From Ptychomitrium polyphyllum (taxonomy: Eukaryota): a DNA stretch of 64,000 nucleotides. Positions 52,001 to 64,000 of this stretch are shown here, in pieces. Position 1 is the first letter of the stretch, and each line of letters starts with the position of its first letter. The DNA is taken from assembly GCA_973851085.1 (NCBI GenBank), contig OZ316776.1, forward strand, positions 1,364,001 to 1,428,000, given 5' to 3'. The translations under genes and the position numbers were made by a program. The notes below the pieces were generated by a model that was not told the DNA's origin, did no database searches, and saw nothing but the letters and a program-made list of their open reading frames with translations.

Positions 52001-53286
52001 GTATTAGGTCTATTCTAGTATGTTGTACCACTTAATTAGATGAAAGGTGGAATGATCTTAAAGCTTTGTCATGGCTTTAGATCAAAATAGGATTTTCTGA
52101 CACCTAAAAGTTTGTACTTCAATGACCATGACCTTCATAATATGGAGATAAGATTTCATCTTTTTCAAGATAAACATCTCAATATATAATTAAAAAGTAT
52201 TCATGACATTCTTTAGACTTAATTGTAACATATGAGTGTTCTTTAAAAACAACATTAGACTTAATTGTGTATAATTTATAAAGTGTCTTGTATTCATATA
52301 ATTATGTTTATTTCTCATTGATATATTTTTTAAGTCTCATTATAAATCCTTATTTTTATTCTAGTGAAAAAATACACTTAGGAATAATATATAGAGGATA
52401 ATTTAGAAGTTAAAAAAATAAATTTGAATTAAGCGCCTATCATTGAAAAAACTACAATCAAATTTCAAACTTTTAAGAATACTTCCATATATACAAAAGC
52501 ATTATGGATATTTTTTTATAAAAATAAAAATCATTGTAGGTGGCTAACATAGTAGATTAGGAAAATATATTTGTAATATTAATCCAACATTCAAGCTTAA
52601 AAATTAAAATACCTTTAGAAAAACGTTTCAATTCCTAAAGTTCTTTTTATTATTTGTTTTTTCACTAGTTTCCATTATGTTATTTAGTTTTTTAATTTAG
52701 TTGATTAATTTTAATTAATTGCTTTTATATTGCTAAAATTTTAACTTTTACTTTATTTTTATTTATAGATTACTTTTATGCATTTTTGATATTTTTATTT
52801 TTATAATTGTACAAAAACATGTGTTAAATACCAATACATCAAAGATTTGATGGCTAATTGGATATATAAAAGAGTATAAATGAATTTCAAAATGTGTTTT
52901 GATGAATAAATGAAGAACCTTTGAAAAATTATGGTGTGGTCGAAGAACCTCAAATTACAAACCTTTCTAAATCTAGCCAATCTCTTTTAAATCAGCCCTT
53001 GATTTGCTCTAAGTGCTCAAAGCTCTTTGAACTACTTTTAAGAAATAGAAACAATATTATTGCTTCTATTATAGATTGTTGTGGATTCTAATCAAAAAAG
53101 AAAGTCATTCTTGGAATACAATGTGAAGGATTTTTTTCAAATATATAACTCTTATATGGTAAACATATCAAATTCATGCATTTAAATTAAGAAATCATAA
53201 TCTATTTTACTTTTTAGTATGAACATAGATTCAACATCTATGAATACGAAAGAATTGTTTGCCACAATATAAAACATTTTTTGAGC

Positions 53287-53328
53287 ATGACAAGAAGGAA
53301 ATGACAAGAAGGAAATGACAAGAAGCAA
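53287..53328. repeat. 14-bp tandem triplication (ATGACAAGAAGGAA x3, last copy with 1 mismatch)
   Basis: Direct reading of the sequence. Confidence 0.9.
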
Positions 53329-56300
53329 ACTACAGATAGTTCAAGAATCTTGTATTCCTATGTACATTTTTTTCATTTTGTAATTTTAAGAAAAAAAATC
53401 TTACTTGGATTTGCAATTTGGATTTTCATCCTTGTCTTTAATCACATGCCAAACTCCGGCACAAAAATTCATTTATTTGTCATGTATTTTCATGTAGGCA
53501 GTTCAAACAGCTTCGGCCTTTGATTTAAGTGCAAATACTCAAAACAACTCCTGACCAATCAAAGTGCAAAGATCCTTGTCCTCTAGTCCAACGTCCATAC
53601 AATGAACTTGTGAAAGGCCCCTCAAGATCTCGGCAACAGCCCAAGTTGAGGAGAAACGTGGCAACATTGAGCAAATGAAAGATGAACCACTCCACATGCG
53701 ATGTACATTCTTTCAGCGTAACAAGCATGGAATTCTCTTCATAAACTAGCAAATCAATAAACATGGTGCATTTCCTACTAGCAGGACATACACAGAATCA
53801 AACTTCTCCAATAAGGAGAACTCTTATTTTTTTCCAGCGGGCTTATCTTAGTCGAAGTCCCCTCAGGGGGCCTTGTCTGACATCGCTTTGAGTATACTTG
53901 ATGCCATAACAATAGGTACCATGTTCATGCATTTCCTGGAAGCTGAAAGAAGTCCATAGCTAAATCAAGGCAGTGTGAGTCAACTAGACTGCCATTGACT
54001 CAGGAACAAAATATCACAATGACTCATCCGTTTGGGAGCTCATCAATGTATGCACGGTGCCCAGGCCGTTGTGTGCTGAAGGCTCATATTGTACAGTTGC
54101 ATGCAAGGACAAGCAGAACTTGCGAGCGGGAACTCCAGAGCTGTGAAATCTATGATAGTTCACACTATCACCACGTGGGCAATTTTGGATGATGCTTACA
54201 CTGAGGTGGTTGCATTGTAGGAGCTGCTGAGTAATCTTTAGTGATGCTGTATCTAGGTGAAGCACTGTAAGAAAGCCATCATGTTTACCCCCCTTCATAA
54301 AAAAAGTTTAGGAAATTTCTTTTGAATACAAACAGAAAATGGCCCCCATTCTCCTCGCAGCTTGCTGCTAATCCAATATTTGCCCAAGTGCCCAAATTCT
54401 AGAAAACTAACAAGATTTTAATTTGTTGCTTTGTTGTTGTTAGTTGTTGTTTTTATGGATCACAATTTTTCTTTGGTTCTTGATTTACACACTCGAATGG
54501 TTTGGATGCTTACACCAACTTTGTGCTACTATTTTACTAGCAATAAGCTGGAAATGTGTTTTACTAAATATCATGTCTTTTCCAGACTTAAGTTAGACCT
54601 TTAGAAATAAACTATTTACTTTATTGATTTAAAGTGTTTGAGAGCTTTTAGATATTGGAAATCCATTTCAAAATTGTAGTTACAATATAAACAAGTTAAT
54701 ACTACCTAAAATTTGTATTGTTTGTAAATATAATTATAATAAAGCCTTTTTGCATGGTTCATTTTTTGAATTAAGTAAAACAAAATAAGAGCTTTTTATA
54801 TACTATTCTTTTAAACCTCATTACTAATTAGAAGATAAATTAACAAATAAGAAAAACATCTTTGATAATTAACTTAAAGTAAATGCATTGAAGAGATTGT
54901 CACAAAACATAAGAGCAACATCTTTGAAACATCTGTTAAAGTAAATGCATAGTTATGATTACAAAACTTTGTGTGATATCTTGAATGTAAATGACTATAG
55001 TATTGATTTAACTTTCTTATTATTTTTCAAATATCATTTTCGAGAGAATATGTCATCATAGTATCATAGTATTTGTATTGTGTGAACTGCAAACATGTAC
55101 ATGTAATTGTTTGCTTATATAGAATTTAAATCTATTATGGATTTTAATGCAAGTTTTGCAACTTGAGCAGGTAAGATGGTTTTTACTCTTATAATCCATT
55201 TTTTGAATCATACATTTGAATCTCAGAATAAGGACTATCCACAATGAGTTTGAGTGGATGTAATGCTTTGTTTGTACTAACCATTGTACTAATGATTTTT
55301 TTAAAATTGGAAAATCTTTTGAAATAGATTTGTATCACTAAAGTTGTTAAGTGAGTGTTGAATGTAAGTATATGGTCGTTATTATTCATGTAACAAATAA
55401 GGTCAAATCCATCAATCAAAGATAGTTCACAAAAAATTAGAAGTAGGAAGTCATACTGAAGTCATTCTCAAAGTCTTGATTGGAAGAAATTGTATGGGTT
55501 ATTTTTATTGTGATAAAAGGTGGTATTACAATGTTAGTTATTCAGATCCTTCTAAGATTCTAAATGAATTGAAAGACTAAAAGTACAAGAGAACAATTTA
55601 TAAATACCAAGTGAATTTGTTTGGTCAATTATACATACGACCTAATTTTTTTTTAAAAAGAAGTTTCTTTTCAACTGTATTAAATAAAAGCTAGAATAAA
55701 TTAAAACATTTTTCTGTCCTAAGCTTTGGTGGAACAGATTAGAAATAAACACTAATACATAGAATTACTACCTTTTTGGAAGTAAAATTATTTTAGAATA
55801 CACCTACTTAAAGACACGGTAGATGGCATGTGAGTAGTATTCTAAAAACGGTACTATGTGTCATATGTTGTTATTGCTACAACAACTTTTTTTAATTTGG
55901 AACATATTCACTAACAGATTATAAAGTGCTTTTATGTTCCAATCAATAGCTTGTTAACATTAAGTATTGGTGGTATTAGTTCAACAATTTGCAGTTAGTA
56001 TCATGGTAAAATATTTAGAATTAGTAATACCATTTCTAAATATCACTTTTATTGTACTCTCAATATTCTTTTGGTTCATGGTAGATTTATATGCCAAAAC
56101 ATTATCTTGAGATAATACTTGATTATAATTTGACATGTTTGTTGCAATAGGAGAACATTTGTCTTGTGGAAATTAAGTTAAAACAAGAGTTTAGTTAAAT
56201 TTGATTCAATTGACATCAATGTATAAAAATCAATTTGAGAGATTTTGACCTCCAATTTATAACAACAATTTGTGATACAATATCTATTCCAGCACACTTT

Positions 56301-59300
56301 GAAAAACAGAAACATAGTATTTAGAATAACTATCAAGAAATTGTATACACAAATGTTCATTGAAATTGCAAAGTTTCCCATATTGCACGTAACATTCTTT
56401 AATAACTAAAAGCAACTCACCTTTTTATTGGAATGTAATAAAAATAACAATAAGTCAAAGTAAACTTATGAAGCAACAAGTCAATGCATGGTGTGTGTTC
56501 ATGGATGGCCTCAAACTCGAATCTGAACGTTATTTTGACAACAGTACTGTACCTTTGAAAGAATGCCGGATACTTTTCTGCTATGCATGCAGGGTTGTGA
56601 CAAACTTTATTCTCTAAAATAGAAGATGTATGCATATGCGCACCTCTGCTGACTAGAACACCAAGCAAACTTGCAATGGGGCAACCTTGCAGAGGGGTTC
56701 CAACAAGAACATTGAAGTAGCCCACAGAGGAACTGCCGATCCCATGCCTGGATGCCGTACAGATAGCGGAAAGGCTATCTATTGTAGCTCTGCCTGCATA
56801 CCAGCAATTCATGACTACACACAGATAGCTTCGTCAGTCAAAGGGCAGAAGTACGGTGGGTTCCTTGTGCTGGCAGACTCCCAACTGGGTTCTCTTCCTG
56901 CGTACCCCTAAATCGTATCCGGCAAGCCATGCGAGCAATTATCCCCCATGCAATGCTGCTGCTCCTGCTGGTGGTGGTGGTGGTCGGGTGGGTGGGTGGA
57001 AACTGTCTAGTTCATTACCCCATCTTGTACTACTCTCCTTTCAGGTCACCCTATTCATATTTATTACAACTCTTTTGGATGGATTGGAATCTGGCTACTT
57101 CCTAGGTGGAACTTGTTGGGGGCACTTTGCTTCTGAAAAACAGAAACACCTGTTTGGAAGATTCCGGTTGATGATAGTTTGCTGGTTTTGCAAAGGCATA
57201 TACTGTATGTATTCCAAAAGTTGCATGATGTGCGACATCATATCATTCAATTATTGCAGCCAGAGTAATCTAAGAGTTGTGACACTGAAGCATGAATAGG
57301 CATTTGAGGATGGAATTTGAGTGATTTGTTGGGGCCTACAACAATTCAAAGGTAGACATTTTAGAATAGCTTGCAAGCCACATGATGGGTGCTAGGTCCT
57401 ATACAACCAGACATTCTTGGACTGTATCTATTGGACAATCAAGGACTTTCAACAGTGGCCAACGGTTGAATTTGACGGTTTTTCTTTATGGCTTTGGAGG
57501 GGCTGAACTCAGTATGAAAGCGGACTGCTACATTTATTATACAATATCATAACCTGTAAACCTAGAAATTGGTTTTGAGTTGAGAAATATTGAGAAAGCA
57601 GTGATGAAAGTCATAAGTCATATCTTCATGTACAAAATAGTTCTCACCTATACATAACTTTCTTTGGCTGGATGACCCTCCACAAAACATTCTTTAAGAG
57701 TGGACACCCTCTCCTTTTTGTAACAAGGTATTGTCAATACCAATGCCAATTCTACTTTTATGTTAGATGAAGTAGAAAAAAAATAAAGGGAATTCAACCC
57801 CTTTATCCAAGTTGCCTTTGTTGAAGAATGTTATGAATTAAAGTACATGTCATGAAATAATAGTTGCTCATAGAATGACAGTTTGAAGTTTTCTTATGAA
57901 AATTATGCTATTTAATATACTATCGTAGGCACCAAGTAGTTTCATTGTTTTAGTGTCAAATTACTAAGGGTTTTGAATGATACATCATTTTTTCAATGTG
58001 TCTAAACCATTAAAAATGTAGCACATTGCATCACCTTAAATAAAAATAATGATTTTAGAACCTAGTTGTCATTTGTTTATAAGCACTGGTTTTGATCTAA
58101 TCATATACCTTTATAGTGTTTCATATGTTTGTATATAAAGACTTGAAGTTCACAATAAATGAAATTTTAATATAAAGGCAAATAAACTAATTCAATTGCA
58201 ATCTTGATAACAATTTTTAGCACTTGAAGCAAATCACTTTCACCTTGGAGAGTGAGAAATTAATGAAAGATGATAGTAAAAGTATGTGATAGTAAATTTA
58301 GGAAGATGTAAATTTGATTTGGTGACTTTGCTCATGAATTCTTTTAATCTTTCGTAGAGTACATTTTACATGAAGGACTTGTACTTTTGAATGATAAACT
58401 ATTCATTTGAATGAGGGTGTTCAAAGAAGTCATTGAAGAATGTTACATTCACATTTACTTCACTTTAATTTAATTATTTTTGTTTATGATTGGCAAGTAC
58501 AAGATGCTCCACATTTTCAAATTCCTTGAGCTCAAAAACGATTTAAGTTCACACTGAGAACCCAGAGGATGAGCAGGTTTTATTCCTCTTCAGGTTTTTA
58601 GAAAAGGGCTTGTGTTTCAGAATCTGTTGAAATTCTAGAACCCAAGCTAGCAATTTGGAGAATTGCCATATTTTGGAATCCAGGTGATTTGGAGTTCTGA
58701 GCACATTGCCTCGTTATACTAAGTCTCTGCTAAATTCAAGTATCAGAACCAGAAAGCATATGCATGTAGCAACCTATTAATGTGGCAGGGAGGAAGTTGG
58801 ATGTTGAAGGTTCATGATCATGTGCCAGCTTGAGGTGGTAAAAGCATTTGAAGTGCAACCCCTTGGTACTGTTGTATGACATTTACACTTGTGATCTGGA
58901 ATCTACAATGCAATGCTGGAATAGGCTAGTTTAATATCTTTGAAAGGCGCCATTAGAGTGTAGAGACCACATGAATTTTGCTCCCTATTTGTAAGAAAGT
59001 ACATTGGAGACGCTTGTATTTACCTACGTTAATGTTCCTTGATACTACGTACATGAGACGATGGTATTACAGTCTGAGCAGTATAATCCTTTAGAGAACA
59101 GCAGTAAAGGAGTGCAAACTAGAAATGCCACTATGGCAACAATTTGTTTCAACATTCTAACAATAATCTTTCCTACCCTGCCTTGATTTTCAAACACTTG
59201 TAAAATCCTCAAATGATCTTAACTCAGATTTGTCACCTGCCTGTCAGAACCACCCATATATAACACCTCACTACTAGGAAAATGACAATATAGGATTGCA

Positions 59301-62300
59301 GAACAGAAAGAGCTGAAAGAGTGCAGAGAATTTGAAGTGGGAGAAATATTATTCTTGCAACAGTTTTGCAACTATTTTTTTGACAAATGGTTGGGATCTG
59401 GCACTAGAGCATCTTCACTTATGAATACTACCTGGGATGTCACACGGCCATTCACACTGCTATCACAAGACCTTGAGCCCATTGTGTGGCAGTTCTCTCC
59501 TTACCCACAGTACAGCAATTGAGAGCACAGATTGGCACAGATTCTCCTGTCAATTTGGCTCTCATGCATCTCAACTAACACATCAACTTGAAGCTGCAAG
59601 CTAAGGGGATACTCTATAGACAGGCTTCTGTATCATAACATTTCTTTTTACCCTGCATTGATCTCCATACATTGTCACATTTCACAGGTTGGGTTAGCAT
59701 ATATATTGCAAGTTCTCAAACTGATTCATTTTTACATCTGCTTCTTCTTGATTTCAAGACCTTCAGAAAAGCTTGTTCACAGACACTTTGATGGGTACAG
59801 TAAACTTGTTATTTGTTAGGCTTTTTGGTATGTCTAACTAAGGATCAGAGGGTGCTGAAAATGCTCATCACCCACACTCTGGAGACATCACTGATACTAG
59901 AGGACTCAAGTGTGGTAGTTCTATAAAACTCCACACTTCACATCAAATTTAACAAAAACAAGCACAGCAGTATGTGTTAGTCCGATTCCATTCCATCCAT
60001 CTGCTTCTTCTGCGTGAGGAGGCTATGCATCTACTCTTTTAGAGGGCAATGTTGCATTTGCTTTTCCTTGACAAGAAGACAATGAGCTGGCTGATACAGC
60101 CAAGGATATAGTCAGGCAGGAAATCCTAATGTACTTCTTCAGGAATGAATAGGATCTTTTCATGTGCAACTCTCCTGCAGAGACGTGGGACACACATTTT
60201 CCTGCTTTCCTTCCTTCCATTCTCTTTGGTTAGCATTCAGTGCATGTTGGTATCAAGCATCCATGTGCATAGACCCTAACTGTACAATAGGTTCCAATTG
60301 CTTCAAGTCTGGTATAGAGTCACGCTCTGCTGGGGTTTTTACGCTCTTTGAAATCCCAGCCTTGTACTAGGCGTCACTTTGAAAGTGAACTAATTTTCAA
60401 TTAGTGCCAAAAAGGTACAGAAAGAATAGACCCTCTGTGTGATATTTTCTTGCAACATTTGGCAAGTACTGTGCACTGGCACTGTCATTCTTGATGGCTT
60501 AACTCCTAAACATTGGGCTGTCGTTTGTAAGCAGTTTAAAAGCAGAACCACACTGGCCTGAATTTGGTGCCCTCTGTTTCATGGAAAATGTATAACAGTG
60601 CACACCAAAGCGGTCGTCATGTTTATTTGAATATGGCACAGTTTTCATGATACGTTTCTGTTAGATCATCCCATCTGAAGCACTAATCATATATGGTTAG
60701 TTGATGTTACTCGTCAGTACGACTTCAGTCATCCAGTTGTGCGATGAGTCACTTGGAGAAATCGTTTCGGTCAACTATCTGCTAATTGGCCAACATTAGA
60801 CTGCTGTAGAGGCGAAAGCATTCAAAGGTTTAGCTACAAATTTGAACTTTGCGTTGTCGTGGAGTTCAATACAGTCTGGTTTGTGTCTGTATCCAAAATT
60901 CCCAAGTATTTGAAGGATGAGCACTAGCAGCATCAGTCAGATTATGAGTAAAGGAAATGTGTCCATCCTTTTTTTTGGTTTAAGACAGGTTTATATAAGT
61001 ATTGGTTCAGGCTTCTGTGATATTTCTAGCTAATATCTATCTTTGCAATCTATAAGTTTAGTGTAAGCTGACTTCCAAGGATCGGTAGCGAGGTGGGTGA
61101 ATGATGAAGTACATGTAAGTTATCCACAATCATGCTTTTAGGCTTTGATGGTGTAAGTTGCTTGTTCGTGATTTTAGCGTGAAGAGTCTTGTCTGGATTT
61201 GGCTTCCTGGAGGTACCGGAATTTGGATTTCTTGTGATATCAGAGCTTAGGTTCTGACGTAGCTCAAATCTCCAGTTTTGGCCATGGCCGATTTATTTAT
61301 TGGTTTTTTAATATTCTTCAGATTGGGAGCTGAATGTCGAAAACATGCTGGAAATTTATGTATTTTCTGCTGTTGTTCTAGGTCAATAGAGAAGGTATAA
61401 TCTCGTGGAATGCTCTTAATGAAATTTCTCTAGCGATCAGGATATCTGTGGCAAAGATTTGCAGTAACTGTGTACTAAGTCAAAATAGTGCACCCTAAAT
61501 AGGTTTCAATAGCAAAGTGTTTTTGAGTTCGAAACAAACATGTCCGGAGAAGGGTCACAAACCGGACTACGAAGTGGTAAAGAGTTGGTTCCCGTTGATT
61601 GGAAGGCTTCCTTGTGTCATTGGAAAGTGATCCATGTTTTATATGATGGAGTTTCTTTGTTTGAACGCTTGCGGCAACATGTGAAAGTCAAGTCGATAGA
61701 TTTTATTGTGAGAATGAATTGGAGCGTGAAGTTGTGCAACTAGCAGAAGGAGTTTCGAGGACCAATTCTTGACAATTGTATCTCCTTGGGCGAGCACCTT
61801 TGGGGTTAGTTTAAACTGCTAGGGTACGTTTCAAGAATGCTATGATAAAAGGTTGTATTGCAATAGTAAATTAATATATCATTTAATTCAAGGATGGATA
61901 TCAATGTTTGGATTGCCTTTACAATGCTTTTCAGATTTCAATGAACACGAGCTAGAACCCTCGCTTACGTATATTTGAGTAGATGTAACTATGCATTATT
62001 CTTTAAGTTGACCGAGCTGCAACTACTATGTGAGTGTCCCTATTGTTCGAACGCACAAGGAAGTGGGTATAAATTGCAATCTACTTCTAGTTGTACTGAC
62101 TTATTTCTTTTTCAGTGTGGCGATCAGGTATATTCTTGTTCAGCAGAATGCTCTGAGATATGAAGATAATGGTCACACGATGTGAATGATGAATTCAGGA
62201 GTAATGTTAACAGACCGAGAGATGATGGATGCTCTTTTCACGAGAAGGTGTACTGTGCTTTTATTTTCTTCAGTTTGAAGTTGGAAGTGATCAGCTTATT

Positions 62301-62714
62301 TTGAACTATTGCAGATTTGCACCTTGATCACACATAAAATATAGAGGCTCTGCTTTGCTTTTACAGTTGAGATTATGAACATGAGAGCTTAAAAGCATGC
62401 TCTCAAATATCCTTTCTACTGCAGCTTATAATGGGCGGAAGATTGAGGATGAAAGAACTGGAGGGTATTTTAAGTGTCACCTCTGCTACAAGGATTTTAA
62501 TGGAGCACTTTGGGAAATGCCAACGTTAATCGCATGGCCACAGGAGTGACCAGGCGTGCTGGATGCCCTTCACAAGTTCAGTGAACCTCGAACCAATAGT
62601 GCCCTCATCAACTCCATGTAAATAAAACTTCATGAACAGAGAACTTTGAATTTTGAAGATACTGTAGTGACTTGCATGTGTGGATCCTCTTAACTGACAT
62701 TCCTCACATTGTAG

Positions 62715-63730
62715 CTTGTTTTCTCGAGTGCATAAAGTGGCTTATAATGGATGAATTACAAAGCAGGATCAAAACAGCAGAGAAAATGGAGTTGGACATT
62801 CTAGTCTCTATTGGAAATGAAGCGAAGTGGGAAAGCAGAGGAGAACCAACTTGGATGGCATGGATAGTGACAGAGAGAGATACATTCAAAAAAAAACGGG
62901 AAGAACAACACAAGGAGTCCCTGAAGGTTGGTAATTTTTATTAGTCTCTTTTCAAAAAAAATTAATAGTTATGGTGAACTCATTTTCTTAGAATTCGATG
63001 CAAGTCAATTCTACACTGCTGCAAATCCAAATTGTAATTGAGGTGACTGTGGTTGAGGAACGTTTGTGACTCTGCACAGTTGCAGGCAAATGCCCAAGCT
63101 AACCAAGTATCGAAGTTAGAGGCGCCTGTGAATGAAAAATTCAAGTTTGCGAGCAACATCCAAATTGCTAGGAAAGAAACTGGAAGTCTATTAGATTGGC
63201 TTCCTCAGCATACTGCAGAGCAACTAACCAGGTACAAAGAAAAATCTCCAGATGTAGTTGAAGTGAAGAAAATTTCAGTTTGTGATCTTCAAGTTTAACC
63301 AAAAAATTAAATCCTTGTTTATAGATAGTTCTGAAATCTTTAGATGGTCTGGACATTATGAGCAGTTGTTAGAACAATTTGGAAATTAGCTGTTCAATTA
63401 CTTTAGGCGTCAATCTTTGAATGCATTGTGAAAACATTGACACACAACTAAGTTTGATTCTGTTCTATGGTAGGTGAAGAAAGGCCATATGACATAGAAC
63501 AGGAAGTAGGAGGAAGAGATGGCCAAGACACAGATAGAGTTGCAAGCTGCCAGGAGGGAGCTGAATGAGCAGGCAAGTGCCAAGGCGAAGTGTGCTCAGC
63601 TGAGCTTCGTATTGCAAGGAAAGAGCTGGATGACTGTAAGAGAGCAATGGCCACTGTTGAATCTGTTTTGAGAGTCTGGAGGCGATTTTCAAATCTAACC
63701 AAAGCTATGGCCGAGATGAAAAGCGTGCTA
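62715..63730 (+). pseudogene. Decayed intron-containing coiled-coil protein gene
   Basis: Exon-like blocks 62715-62926 and 63080-63231 have AG/GT borders and join in frame (..DELQSRIKTAEKMELD..KKKREEQHKESLK|LQANAQANQVSKLE..). The next block from 63474 has heptad-like text (EEEMAKTQIELQAARRELNEQ / SAELRIARKELDDCKRAMATVESVL) but carries two in-frame TAGs and a frameshift. More exon-like pieces may lie upstream, from ~61930. Confidence 0.45.
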
Positions 63731-64000
63731 AGACACAGGATGATGCTTTGCTTTTTTTTCCAGCACCAAGTTATCAAATCAAAATCACTTGTGTTTGTGT
63801 CCGATCTTATGGGATTCTGTAGTCTTGAATATGTTGTTTATTATTACAATGCCTAACAGGCGTATAGACCTCAACAGTTATTGCATAAACAAGGAAATTA
63901 TGATTTATTAAAGTATGTCCTAAACATACTTGTTAAAGGTATGATTTGCGATGGTTATATCTCCTCAATTATTAGTTGTTCATTTTGAAGAAGTCTTTTT

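Noticed and set aside
50450..56400. Long AT-rich tract considered as an endogenous virus or LINE/copia relic (e.g. LKQG-like text near 50955)
   Set aside because: Only isolated, ambiguous motifs were found, with no collinear domain series.

Overview
This is eukaryotic land-plant nuclear DNA. It has spliceosomal genes in moderately GC-rich islands, separated by very AT-rich decayed transposon DNA. The style of the genes and the chromodomain-bearing Ty3/gypsy relics suggest a moss such as Physcomitrium (inference only). Four genes are well supported: a single-exon PADRE/DUF4228 gene (9239-9889 +), a 12-exon PP2A B'' regulatory subunit (22412-27476 -), a 12-exon ATP-citrate lyase A subunit (38085-41605 +) and a 4-exon DUF936/CORD-like gene (43350-46357 -). 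A probable 2-exon orphan gene encodes a transit-peptide-like, Pro/Gly-rich protein (32131-32784 +). The repeat fraction includes a dead chromovirus (~683-5832 -) with a nested solo LTR and a deleted integrase core, a young-looking 1144-bp solo LTR (29608-30751), a decayed LRR pseudogene, a decayed coiled-coil gene at the right end and many short tandem duplications. The most unusual structures are a diverged 170-bp inverted duplication with four conserved CACGACAGTTC-like boxes upstream of the PP2A gene, a 54-bp-stem hairpin at 19.6-19.8 kb, GC-AG introns in two adjacent genes and several templated-insertion scars. I found no CRISPR array, rRNA or tRNA gene, and nothing I can defend as a new multi-gene system.
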